Below are positions 20,323-29,683 of a DNA stretch of 64,000 nt, one piece after another (positions within the stretch are counted from its first letter, which is position 1; the number at the start of each line of letters is the position of its first letter). The position numbers were made by a program, and so were the translations under genes. Location of the stretch: assembly GCA_963769885.1 (NCBI GenBank), contig CAVYNH010000007.1:352001-416000 (forward strand), given 5' to 3'. The notes under the pieces were generated by a model. That model worked only from the letters and a program-made list of their open reading frames with translations. It was not told where the DNA came from and did not search any database. Source of the DNA: Methanobacteriota archaeon. GTDB lineage: Archaea > Thermoplasmatota > E2 > DHVEG-1.

Positions 20323-20913
20323 ATGACCGAAGCAGACCTCGCCGAAACCCTCACCGCCCTCAAAAACGGAGCCGTCATCATCTACCCCACCGACACCCTC
20401 TACGCCCTCGGCGCCGACATCTTCAACAAAACCGCCATCGAAACCGTCTTCTCCCTCAAACACCGCCCCAGCCTCCAACCCCTCCCCATCGCCGTCGACT
20501 CCCTCCCCACCATGACCACCCTCGCCGACATGACCCCCCTCGCCACCCGACTCGCCACCCGCTTCCTCCCCGGCCCCCTCACCCTCATCCTCCACAAAAA
20601 ACCCACCATCCCCCCCATCATCACCAGCGGACATGAAACCATCGCCATCCGCATCCCCCGCGACCCCACCGCCCTCACCCTCCTCCACGCCGCCGGCCCC
20701 CTCACCGCCACCAGCGCCAACATCCACAACCACCCCACCCCCGCCACCGTCCCCGAAATCAAAAAACACCTTAACGCAGACCTCCCCGCCCTCGACCGCG
20801 GCCCCCGCACCCAAACCGCATCCACCATCATCGACCTCACTACCACCCCACCTCGCATCCTCCGCCACGGCCCCATCCCCGCCGATGAACTCCACGAGGC
20901 CCTCCATGGATGA
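20323..20913 (+). CDS. tsaC: L-threonylcarbamoyladenylate synthase (YrdC/TsaC domain only)
   Basis: YPTDTLYAL, KxR (LKHRP), PGPLT, IRIP, TSAN, STIID. Confidence 0.92.
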   Translation: MTEADLAETLTALKNGAVIIYPTDTLYALGADIFNKTAIETVFSLKHRPSLQPLPIAVDSLPTMTTLADMTPLATRLATRFLPGPLTLILHKKPTIPPIITSGHETIAIRIPRDPTALTLLHAAGPLTATSANIHNHPTPATVPEIKKHLNADLPALDRGPRTQTASTIIDLTTTPPRILRHGPIPADELHEALHG

Positions 20914-21808
20914 AACCATCTACCAAGCCTACAAACATGCCGGCGCCATCGCCCGTGAAGCCCGAGACTACGGCGCCACCCTCCTCAAACCTAACACCAC
21001 CTACCTCTCCATCGCCACTGCCGTCGAACAACGCATCCATGACCGCGGCGGCAAACCCGCATTCCCCGTCAACATCGCCCCCAACGCGATCGCCGCACAC
21101 TACACTCCCACAGCCACCGACACCCGCGTGCTCAATGCCGGCGACGTCATCAAACTCGACGTCGGCGTCCACATCAACGGCTACATCGCAGACACCGCCG
21201 TCACCTGCGAAGTCGCCACCACCACCCACAGCTCACTCATCCAAGCCACTAGCGACGCCCTAGACCAAGCAATCCGGACCATGAAACCAGGGATTCCCCC
21301 CTCGGAAATCGGTTCGATTGTCGAAGCCACCATCCGAGATCGAGGCTTCAGACCCATCGAGAACCTCATGGGCCACAGCGTCACCCAATACGAGCTGCAC
21401 TCCGGCCTCTCCATCCCCAACATCAGCACTTACACCAGCCGCCGCAAACCCCAAGAAGACGACGTGATCGCCATCGAACCCTTCGCCACAACCGGCGCCG
21501 GCCGAGTGACCTCCGGGGAAGGAAGCAATATCTACATCTGCGCGGATTCTTTCAAGAGCCACCTCATCCGCGACCGCGGCCTTAAACAGACCTACGAGCA
21601 TATCAGAGCAGCGTTCACGACCCTACCGTTTGCCTCCCGCTGGTGCCGCCCATTCCTGCCACCAGGCAGCGACCTGCCGCTCCGACGGCTCGCACGACTC
21701 GGGGTCATCCGAGAATATCCCCAACTCCGCGAAGAACGCAGCGGTATGGTCTCCCAAAAAGAGCACACCGTCATCGTCACCGCTGACGGCTGTGAGGTGA
21801 TTACTTGA
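20906..21808 (+). CDS. map: Type II methionine aminopeptidase
   Basis: AFPVN, AAHYTP, KLDVGVHINGYIADTA, NLMGH, AIEPFAT, QKEHT; start ATG 20906. Confidence 0.95.
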   Translation: MDETIYQAYKHAGAIAREARDYGATLLKPNTTYLSIATAVEQRIHDRGGKPAFPVNIAPNAIAAHYTPTATDTRVLNAGDVIKLDVGVHINGYIADTAVTCEVATTTHSSLIQATSDALDQAIRTMKPGIPPSEIGSIVEATIRDRGFRPIENLMGHSVTQYELHSGLSIPNISTYTSRRKPQEDDVIAIEPFATTGAGRVTSGEGSNIYICADSFKSHLIRDRGLKQTYEHIRAAFTTLPFASRWCRPFLPPGSDLPLRRLARLGVIREYPQLREERSGMVSQKEHTVIVTADGCEVIT

Positions 21809-22668
21809 AGCCCGCCAAATCAACGCCTAAAGAAAACGAGAAAATCCAGCAGCTGACGGAGCTAACCTGGAAGCAGCTTGAAGCACTGAACCGGGACAAG
21901 ACCGTCATCTTTATTCCCATAAGCCCCTTGGAGGAACACGGCCCTCACCTGCCAGTTGGCACCGATCTGCTCATCGCCATGGACACAAGCAAGGAGGCGA
22001 TGAAGTTGGTGATAAAAAAGAGACCGGACGTTCTCCCGTTGCTCTACCCGGCAATCCCTTTCGGCCATACCGGGATGGCGCAAGGGTTTCCTGGCAGCGT
22101 GTCCGTCCCGGTCAAGACTGTCGCCACTATCGTGCAGAATTCCGTGTCGTCTTTCGCCGATTATGGGTTCCGTTTTTTTGTCATCTGCACTTTTCATATG
22201 GATCTCGGACATCTGAAAGGCATCTATGCGGGGATGAAAAAAACTCGGAAAATGTACCCTATCCAGATCATCGAGCCGTGGGGCCCTTATTTCTACGGTC
22301 ATGATGTCGAACGCCGCGAACCAAAAGCAAATTTCGACACCCATCTAGAGATCCACGGCTGCTACCGGGAGACCTCATTGATGGCCTACCAATATCCGTA
22401 CCTCGTCGACCCGGTGTACAAGACCCTTCCGCCGTACACGTATGATGTGTACTCCCCCAAGGCCCTTGGGAAGACGTTTAAGGACGTCGGGGCAAACGAA
22501 GGCTACATCGGCAACCCTGCCCAAGCCTCCAGTGACTACGGCCGCTGGTTTTTCCAGGAAATCGTAGAGACCATCGCGACGGCCACACTCGACATGATGG
22601 AGGGGCATAAGCCACGTGATTTGCCAGCTAAGACGAAGCTAGCGATGCGCAGCATGTTTTGGCTGTAA
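21805..22668 (+). CDS. Creatininase/amidohydrolase family protein
   Basis: 'ELTW', 'EEHGPHLPVGTD', 'FPGSVS', 'HG...ETS', 'GYIGNP'; TTG start after SD GAGGTGA. Confidence 0.85.
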   Translation: MKPAKSTPKENEKIQQLTELTWKQLEALNRDKTVIFIPISPLEEHGPHLPVGTDLLIAMDTSKEAMKLVIKKRPDVLPLLYPAIPFGHTGMAQGFPGSVSVPVKTVATIVQNSVSSFADYGFRFFVICTFHMDLGHLKGIYAGMKKTRKMYPIQIIEPWGPYFYGHDVERREPKANFDTHLEIHGCYRETSLMAYQYPYLVDPVYKTLPPYTYDVYSPKALGKTFKDVGANEGYIGNPAQASSDYGRWFFQEIVETIATATLDMMEGHKPRDLPAKTKLAMRSMFWL

Positions 22669-22790
22669 CCTGGATTCTTGGCAAGGCTCGCCACATCGAT
22701 TATCTCCGTAATCGAAGGTCCTATCATTAAGTAGCTCCTGTTCAAGAAAAAGTATATTAACAAACAATGAGTTTCGATTCCTTGGTTGGG

Positions 22791-23111
22791 ATGGGTATGA
22801 AGAAACCGGAGAACATCTTCGTCTCACTGCAGTTGCGAAAGGACCAGACGTCTGGTGGCCTTCTGTTGGATATTCACTTTAACAAGGAAGCGCCGAACTT
22901 CAGCATCGATCAAGAAACGGCGACTTGGTGTCCAACGATCGAGGAGTTGGATTTTATAGGCGAGGTTTTCGACATGATCGCCAAGGGCAAGCGGGCGGAG
23001 AATCCGACACGGTCCACTTCGTCCACATCGCGTCAGGTGGATGAGACGACCCTGCTGGACCGAGTCATGGATAAAAAGGACCGACGAACGGCCGCTACAG
23101 ACGATCGATAA
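22791..23111 (+). CDS. Hypothetical protein
   Basis: Normal-composition ORF downstream of a TATA-like AAGTATATTAA; start 22791 or 22797. Confidence 0.65.
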   Translation: MGMKKPENIFVSLQLRKDQTSGGLLLDIHFNKEAPNFSIDQETATWCPTIEELDFIGEVFDMIAKGKRAENPTRSTSSTSRQVDETTLLDRVMDKKDRRTAATDDR

Positions 23112-24036
23112 GCGCGCCGACCATGAGGGGGAGCAGGACCGTAGCGTCGCCTTCTATGGTGACGTTCTGCGCCCGTTCCGCGATTTTTCCCCAGGAGATA
23201 GCCTCCCGGGTCCTAGCCCCTGAGAGGCTGCCATCCCATTCGACAGCGGTGGTAATGTAAACGGCGTAATCCAGGCCCCCCTTGAACTGGTTCCACCAGA
23301 TGGTATGGTGTTTGGAGATGCCGCCACCGATGATGAAAGCACCGGTCTGTTTGGCGTCGAAGACGAGGTCAGAGAGGTCTTGCTCATCTTGGAACAGGTC
23401 GATGGTGAGGGCACGATGGTCCTGGTAGTACATCCAGAGTTGGCAGCCGATGGCGCCATCGGTAATGCCGGGGACGTATATGGGGATCTTGTTCTTCCAG
23501 GCCCAGTAGACGACTGACTCCTCTTTTTTTTTCTCCTTGTCGAGTTGCTTGCCGATGGCCCAGACGAGGTCTTTTGTTGACCATTTCTGTTTTTGTTGGT
23601 AGAGAGTATTGATGAGGGGCTGGAGTTTTTGTTCGAGGATAGTGCCGTAGCTGGCGATGGGGATGAAGACATTGCCGAGGCGGTTGATGCCCTGGCGGTG
23701 GAGGCTGGCGTCGTCGGCCATGAACGTGCCTTGGTAGTAGGGTTTCCAGAGTCTGGCGAGGTCGTGGTCGAGGGTGCCGGCGGTGGTAATGACGGCGTCG
23801 AAGAGTTTTCGACGGAGGAGTTCTTTGATGATGCCGCGAGTGCCGGTGGCTATGATGCAGGCGGGAAAGGAGAGGATTTTGGTGCAGTCTTTGGCGTGCA
23901 TCATCGCGTCGAGGATGTCGACGCCGGTGGCGACGTGTTTGGCGCTGAATCCTCCGGCTGCGGCATAGCCTTGGATGAGTTGATCGAGGGTCGTGTGGTT
24001 GTCGAGGGTGAGGTCTTGGACTGGCTGTTTTTTCAT
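23095..24036 (-). CDS. dys: Deoxyhypusine synthase
   Basis: GINRLGNVFIP, PGITDG, GGGISKHH, DGSLSGARTREAISWGK, GDATV; start ATG 24036. Confidence 0.96.
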   Translation of the reverse strand: MKKQPVQDLTLDNHTTLDQLIQGYAAAGGFSAKHVATGVDILDAMMHAKDCTKILSFPACIIATGTRGIIKELLRRKLFDAVITTAGTLDHDLARLWKPYYQGTFMADDASLHRQGINRLGNVFIPIASYGTILEQKLQPLINTLYQQKQKWSTKDLVWAIGKQLDKEKKKEESVVYWAWKNKIPIYVPGITDGAIGCQLWMYYQDHRALTIDLFQDEQDLSDLVFDAKQTGAFIIGGGISKHHTIWWNQFKGGLDYAVYITTAVEWDGSLSGARTREAISWGKIAERAQNVTIEGDATVLLPLMVGALIDRL

Positions 24037-24938
24037 TTGAGGGCTCCTGAGTAGACGGCGAGGGCGCCGTAGCCGACGCATGAGGTGTTTGGGTGGACCT
24101 CGTACGAGGTTCCGTATTTTAAGAGTTCCGCTTTGGCGGCCCCGAGTTTTTTGGCGGCGTAGAGCATGGCGGCGACGGGGCCGTAGCCGCACATGGTGAT
24201 GTGGTGATTTTCGACGGTGGTGATGAGACCGGCGGGGTCGAGGGCGGTGATTTTGTCGATGGCGAGATGGTCTTGTCGGCGGGCGTAGTCGTCGACGCGG
24301 GTGCCTTCGGGTGGGGTGGACATGTAGTTGAAGCCGACGTGGGAGAAGTCTGAGCTGGCGATGACTGCAATTTTTTTGGTGGGGTGTTTGTGGATGGCGT
24401 TGGCGATGAGGGTGCCGACGTCTTCGGCGGTCTGGGTATCTTGCATCATCATGCAGATGGGAACGAAATCGATGGGGTGGTCTTTGGCGAGGAATTGGAG
24501 AAAGGGGAGCTGGACTTCGATGCTGTGTTCGTAGCGGTGGGCGGTGTCGTCGGCGTCGATGATTCCCTGGTGGAGGCTGGTGGCGAGGGGTTCGTTGATG
24601 GGGGTGATGCCGAGGGGGGTGCGCCAGGCGCCATGGGTCATGAGGGCGACGCCGGAGCCGTAACCGGTGTGGTTGGGGCCGAGGATGATGAAGGTGTCTG
24701 CGAAGCCGTGGGTGGCGAGGGCGGTGTAGGCGTGGGTGGCGATGGGGCCGGAGAAGATGTAGCCGGCGTGGGGGACGACGATGCCGATGACGCGTGGTGG
24801 TCGGTTGGCGGGTGTGGGGATGGTGCCGGCGCCTCGGGGGTCGTTGAAGCAGTCGGTGAGTTGCTGGCGGAGGGGGGTTTCGCCGCCGGGGTAAAATTGG
24901 CCGGCGACGGCGGGTGGTCTAATGAGTTTGGTTACCAT
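24033..24938 (-). CDS. MEMO1 family protein (AmmeMemoRadiSam protein B)
   Basis: RPPAVAGQFYP, PHAGYIFSG, GPNHTG, EHSIEVQLPFLQ, ASSDFSH, MCGYGP. Confidence 0.94.
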   Translation of the reverse strand: MVTKLIRPPAVAGQFYPGGETPLRQQLTDCFNDPRGAGTIPTPANRPPRVIGIVVPHAGYIFSGPIATHAYTALATHGFADTFIILGPNHTGYGSGVALMTHGAWRTPLGITPINEPLATSLHQGIIDADDTAHRYEHSIEVQLPFLQFLAKDHPIDFVPICMMMQDTQTAEDVGTLIANAIHKHPTKKIAVIASSDFSHVGFNYMSTPPEGTRVDDYARRQDHLAIDKITALDPAGLITTVENHHITMCGYGPVAAMLYAAKKLGAAKAELLKYGTSYEVHPNTSCVGYGALAVYSGALK

Positions 24939-25050
24939 GCGTGTGTCCTCTCTTCGGTGTACGGATGGGGGCGAATTTGATAAGTTTTGCGTACAATAAA
25001 TTATATATAGAGTAGAAGGATTGCGGGGTAAAATAGCGGCATGGGAGACT

Positions 25051-25209
25051 ATGGAGACCGTTTGCCACATTGAGATTCTGAAGGATGGCCGTGATTTCGT
25101 GGCTCGGGCGCATCTCGCGAATGGGTCGGTGAAGGAGTACCGGCATCAGATTTTTGAGGATGTGCTGACTGAGATGGTGATCGATCTCCAGGAAGAGTTG
25201 AGTGAGTAG
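25051..25209 (+). CDS. Small acidic hypothetical protein (52 aa)
   Basis: SD GGGAG before ATG, AT-rich promoter at about 25000, beta-beta-beta-alpha-like sequence. Confidence 0.65.
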   Translation: METVCHIEILKDGRDFVARAHLANGSVKEYRHQIFEDVLTEMVIDLQEELSE

Positions 25210-25308
25210 GCCGGTTTAACGTCCCCTCCTTGGTTCTTTTCTTGGTCTTTTCGTTATTTGCAAGATATTTAGAATGGGGAAGAAGAATGGAGGGTGGGGG
25301 GTGAGTTT

Positions 25309-25503
25309 TTAGAGTCTGAAGGAGGAGAGGACGATGACGATGATGATGAAGACCATGAGGGCGTACATGACGTAGACCCAGAGGCGGTTGCGTTTTTTCA
25401 TGGCTTCGTATTGGGTCCTGCATTCTTCTGAGCAGAAGGGTTCTTGGCTGGTGGTGGCTTTGCGGCAGATTTGGCAGTGGGTGTGTTGTGGGATGTCGAC
25501 CAT
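25309..25503 (-). CDS. DUF2116 family Zn-ribbon membrane protein
   Basis: 'IPQHTHCQIC....FCSEEC' plus C-terminal TM. Confidence 0.88.
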   Translation of the reverse strand: MVDIPQHTHCQICRKATTSQEPFCSEECRTQYEAMKKRNRLWVYVMYALMVFIIIVIVLSSFRL

Positions 25504-25561
25504 AGTGAGTCTATGGGCGAATCATGTGATGGGAGAAATACTTTGTGTTTTTTCGGTGCGG

Positions 25562-26641
25562 TTAGGGTTGGAGCAGGGGGAGTTCTCCGGGGTAGTCGTC
25601 GCAGATGTTCGCCTGGTTTATCCCGGGATAGCCGTACATTTGTGGGAGAATCTTTTGAAGAATGATTAGGACGAATAGAAGATTTATTGTCGCTAGGATC
25701 GAGAGGAGAATCGGGCCGTTGATGAGCGGGTGCATGATATCTTCGATGATGTAGCCGTAGATCCAGACGCCTATCCAGAAGACAATGGTTTCTGCGTTGA
25801 AGATTGGTTTCGCCCATCGGAACAGCTTTTCCGCGGAAATCGTGCCGTGGGGGTGGAGGATGGTTTGGATTTTGCAGGCTGCCCCCAGTGCGTTGTTGAG
25901 GGGATACCCATAGCGTGTTCCTCGTTCGAGGCAGTCCGGTGGTGTTGCCATCATGACGATGCGGTTGGTGCCGTTGACGTCGAGGGAGTGTGGCCCCTGG
26001 ACGGTCCAAGAATCTTGTGTGCTGATTGCCTGGTTCGTTTGATTGGTGGCGTCGACGAGGCTGCCGCTGAGGCAGCAGTCAAAGATGAGGACCATGCCTT
26101 TACAGGTGATGTTGGAGAAGAGCTGGCCGAGCTCGTCGTCAGTGATCACGTTCGTGTAGTTGTCTTCACTGTATTTTTCGACGTCATAGGGGCAGATGGC
26201 TTCATCATAGATATCGCCAGGGGTATGTCGGGCCTCGTCGCCGTCGGTGTCGTTGACGTTGGTGCCGTGGCCGCACCATTGAAAGAGGAAGAAGTCGTCG
26301 GGGCCGAGTGTTGCGGCTATTGTGTGAAGGGCGTTAACGATGTTGGCCTTGGTCGCGTTCTGATTGAGCAGGAGGGTGATGTGGTCAGGCTGCCAGTTCT
26401 GTGCTAGGAGGAGGCCGTGATAGGTTCGAGAGAGTGCCTGGTCTGAGTAGGGAATTACTTTTGGCACATTATGGGAAGCGTTTTGATAGCGTGTGCAGGC
26501 AGCGATAACGGCATAGTAGGAGCCGGTAGAGGTGGCCTGTGGTTCGGCTTGATTTAGCATGGTTTGTTGGGATGTGGCCATGAGCGTGGGTATAATTAAG
26601 AGCATGATGGTGAGAAAAACGCTGATGATGGCTTTCTTCAT
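25562..26641 (-). CDS. Secreted caspase-family (peptidase C14) protease
   Basis: Signal peptide; 'LLNQNATKANI', 'FQWCGHG', 'DEAICPYD', 'ITDDEL', 'IFDCCLSG'. Confidence 0.88.
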   Translation of the reverse strand: MKKAIISVFLTIMLLIIPTLMATSQQTMLNQAEPQATSTGSYYAVIAACTRYQNASHNVPKVIPYSDQALSRTYHGLLLAQNWQPDHITLLLNQNATKANIVNALHTIAATLGPDDFFLFQWCGHGTNVNDTDGDEARHTPGDIYDEAICPYDVEKYSEDNYTNVITDDELGQLFSNITCKGMVLIFDCCLSGSLVDATNQTNQAISTQDSWTVQGPHSLDVNGTNRIVMMATPPDCLERGTRYGYPLNNALGAACKIQTILHPHGTISAEKLFRWAKPIFNAETIVFWIGVWIYGYIIEDIMHPLINGPILLSILATINLLFVLIILQKILPQMYGYPGINQANICDDYPGELPLLQP

Positions 26642-26743
26642 GGAAACTCCCTCGTTGACTGTAATATTTTATCTGTTATAATTAATTTATGGATTTACTA
26701 CCGGGGTCTTTATAAAAAGAGGGGGGATCGACGAGATATGACC

Positions 26744-27004
26744 TTAGGTTTCTCTTGTCTTGCGTTTGGTGATTTTTTCGACGATGTGCACGGAGATGAT
26801 GATGCTTGTGATACAGGCGAGGATGCTGAGGTAGAGGCAGAGGTGGTAGATGGTGAGGGGCGATTGGATGTTGAAGCCATTGGATAGAATGGCGTCTGGG
26901 GCCGTGAGCATCGCCGAGACGGAGACATCGATGCCCCAAAAGCAGAGGATTTGGACGATGCCGATGCTGAAGAGGATGAGGAGCCATTCGAAGCGAGAAA
27001 TCAT
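26744..27004 (-). CDS. Small 2-TM hypothetical protein
   Basis: Two hydrophobic segments and a basic tail; 'WGIDVSVSAM'. Confidence 0.65.
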   Translation of the reverse strand: MISRFEWLLILFSIGIVQILCFWGIDVSVSAMLTAPDAILSNGFNIQSPLTIYHLCLYLSILACITSIIISVHIVEKITKRKTRET

Positions 27005-27099
27005 GACCTATTTTCCCCTGGCTTTACTCGTGAGCTATAAATAGTGTGGGCGTGGACCGTATTTATATTTTGTTATCATTATTTTTACATCGTTGTCTG

Positions 27100-28110
27100 T
27101 TACTGGTTATCCAGCGATGGCTCTTGGACGTCCAGCATGCCATGGAAGTCCGTCGGTGCAGGGACGCGAATCCCGGGGGTAGATTTTACGTAGGGATTCA
27201 CATCTATATAGATTAATGACACGATTACTTTGAAAAGGAACGAGTGTGCTTTCAAGGTAAATTTCCAAGTGCCGGTTTCGTTGCCGATGTAGCTATAGAC
27301 CATGATCTTCGGGTTCTTTGAATGGAAGACTTCACCATCTGGTTTGATGACGTTCATGGTCCCTTTCCTGTGGCCTGCGATGTCGAAAATGATGATTGAA
27401 CCATTCCTGGTTGTTACTTCCTTTTCGATATTGCAAAAGCTACACCCAAAGGAGGCAATCTTCACACCAAAATATCTCCCTAATTGGTTCGATGAAAGGA
27501 CTCCAACGTTGTTCGTTATTCCTAAATCGATGACTTCCATTGATTTTGAATCAGCCAGGAATCGAATTGAGAGATTGCCTCTTGATAAGGTCGAAGGGAT
27601 AGCCAATGTCAAGTACCATGATGTTCCTTTGGTCACTTGAAACTCTTTTTTTTCCGACCAATAGAGGCCAAAGGTGATGATGTTCCTTTTGTCCAAGAAT
27701 GACATCAGCCAATGTCTGCCGATTGAAAAAGTCCGTCTTGGCGTCGTAATGCTAACCGTTCTCTCCGGATAATACACCAGGTACCTCGCAGGCAATACAT
27801 AGCTTGTTCCGTTCGTCAACAGAAGATATTCGGAAGTGACGGTGTTATCAGTATATCGGTTTAACATTTGCAGGGATACATTGATAATCGCATCTTCGTG
27901 GAATATGATTCGATATTGTCTGGCTGCATGCTCCATCATGAGAGTGTCTTGACTGAACTCAATATTGTCACTAAAGACTACTGAAGCCTTGCCAGTTTCT
28001 TCTATTCCTTGTTGATTGAAAAACGGCTTTTCTTGACCAAACATCAGTAGGGTTAAGGCCGATGACAATGCAATAATCATAACAACTATAACTACGTTTT
28101 TTCTTTTCAA
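27100..28110 (-). CDS. Hypothetical secreted or membrane-anchored beta-rich protein
   Basis: Long ORF; likely TTG start at 28110 gives a K/R plus hydrophobic leader; lower GC. Confidence 0.65.
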   Translation of the reverse strand: MKRKNVVIVVMIIALSSALTLLMFGQEKPFFNQQGIEETGKASVVFSDNIEFSQDTLMMEHAARQYRIIFHEDAIINVSLQMLNRYTDNTVTSEYLLLTNGTSYVLPARYLVYYPERTVSITTPRRTFSIGRHWLMSFLDKRNIITFGLYWSEKKEFQVTKGTSWYLTLAIPSTLSRGNLSIRFLADSKSMEVIDLGITNNVGVLSSNQLGRYFGVKIASFGCSFCNIEKEVTTRNGSIIIFDIAGHRKGTMNVIKPDGEVFHSKNPKIMVYSYIGNETGTWKFTLKAHSFLFKVIVSLIYIDVNPYVKSTPGIRVPAPTDFHGMLDVQEPSLDNQ

Positions 28111-28141
28111 GAAAAAAGAGAGAAGAGAGGATTCAGGTTGC

Positions 28142-28975
28142 TTACATGCCGATTGCAACGAAACCACCGCAAAGACCGGTTAAGAAGTAGGGCCCAATCA
28201 TGATTCCAGGTGTACAGAGAATCACACCTACGAAACCAACCCAGACTTCAAACCCGAGGGCTGACGTTGTTCCACCGCCCAAACCAACGCTCTTTGCAAT
28301 ACCGCTATAGCAATACGTGGCAAATAAATCTGCGCCAATTGTCGGGATCAAGGTGTGTGTTCCAGCGATGAACCCTATACATTCACCGACTTCGAATAAT
28401 CCGCACATGGTATTTCCCCATATTGGGGTCGGGACTCCATTCCAAAATCCAAGCGAATTTGCGGGAGGCGCTCTGTTATCTTTACGTGGTTCGCGAACCC
28501 TCTCTCGGATAGAGTTGAAAAAGGCGGTCAACTCACTGACGTTCTTTGAAGTGAATTTTTCGTCACCCAATCTTTGGAAAAATGGTTGTAGGTTATCGAA
28601 GGCTACGGCGACTTCTTCGTTGGACGCTCTCTTGTTGTAGATCGTCATAAAATCATCCTCGAACGTTGCAGCGTAATTCACGAAATCCTTGACTTCGCTG
28701 AGTGGTAACTGAGTTTTCACCTTTTCCCTTCCGACAATAATCATACAAGTCGTCAGGTTTTCGTTGGACGTTGGAATCGTCTTGGTAGTCGGTATAGCGG
28801 CACCTGCGAGCGGGATCGTTAAAAGAAGTGCCACAATCCCTGTTGTGACTAATCCTTTTCTTATTCTTTTCTCGTCCTTCTTCACTTGCCGAGGGAACGA
28901 CAGACGAATGGCCACCCGATCGAGCCACTTACGATGTTGTAGACCTAGCTTCAAAAACGCGTTTCGTGTTTTCAT
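28142..28975 (-). CDS. Hypothetical protein with hydrophobic leader and Gly/aromatic-rich C-terminal domain
   Basis: SD GGAGG, 277 aa ORF, lower GC. Confidence 0.65.
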   Translation of the reverse strand: MKTRNAFLKLGLQHRKWLDRVAIRLSFPRQVKKDEKRIRKGLVTTGIVALLLTIPLAGAAIPTTKTIPTSNENLTTCMIIVGREKVKTQLPLSEVKDFVNYAATFEDDFMTIYNKRASNEEVAVAFDNLQPFFQRLGDEKFTSKNVSELTAFFNSIRERVREPRKDNRAPPANSLGFWNGVPTPIWGNTMCGLFEVGECIGFIAGTHTLIPTIGADLFATYCYSGIAKSVGLGGGTTSALGFEVWVGFVGVILCTPGIMIGPYFLTGLCGGFVAIGM

Positions 28976-29116
28976 GGTTACCTCCGACCATAGAAAGTAC
29001 CCTGATTCTATTTAAATTTTTTTATATTAATTTAAAATGTTTAAAAAGAGGCGAGGGAAAATCCCCTAAAGACGAGGAGATGAAGAAAAAAGGGAGAAGA
29101 GGAATCTTGCGCAGAA

Positions 29117-29683
29117 TCAACGTTCAACAACTAGGTTCCCATTTGGGATGGCGATTTTGATCAGCGATGTCAGCTCGACCCGGAACGAGGAGCAGATCTC
29201 CTCCCGGCACTCCCCCTTATCGATGGCAATGAAGATTCCTTTGACGACCACGCCGATTTTCTCCAAAACGGTCAATACCGCGCGCAAGGTCCCGCCCGTG
29301 CTGAGCACATCGTCGACGATGACCACGCGGTCGCCTTTCTTCAATCCGTTGATGTACATCTTCGCCTTCGAATACCCAGTCACCTGCTCGACCGACACCT
29401 CACCAGGCAACCCGTACTCCCGTTTCCTGATAATCGTAAATGGAATCCCCAGCTCCAAGGAAAGCACCGACGCCAGCGGAATCCCCATCGCCTCCATCGT
29501 GACGATACGGTCGATCTTCCCCACCTTCTGGACCCGCTTCTTCATCTCCTCCGTGACCTCTTTCAACAACTCAGGGGTGATCATCGGCACGCCATCCGTG
29601 ATTGGATGAATGATGTAATAGTAGTCTCCTTTCTTGATAATCGGGGCCTCATACAACGACTTTCGTAACACGTCCAGGCTCAC
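29117..29683 (-). CDS. hpt: Archaeal purine phosphoribosyltransferase (Hpt/Apt family)
   Basis: 'YYIIHPITDGVP', 'EAMGIP', 'IRKREYGLPGE', PRPP motif VIVDDVLSTGGT. Confidence 0.88.
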   Translation of the reverse strand: MSLDVLRKSLYEAPIIKKGDYYYIIHPITDGVPMITPELLKEVTEEMKKRVQKVGKIDRIVTMEAMGIPLASVLSLELGIPFTIIRKREYGLPGEVSVEQVTGYSKAKMYINGLKKGDRVVIVDDVLSTGGTLRAVLTVLEKIGVVVKGIFIAIDKGECREEICSSFRVELTSLIKIAIPNGNLVVER

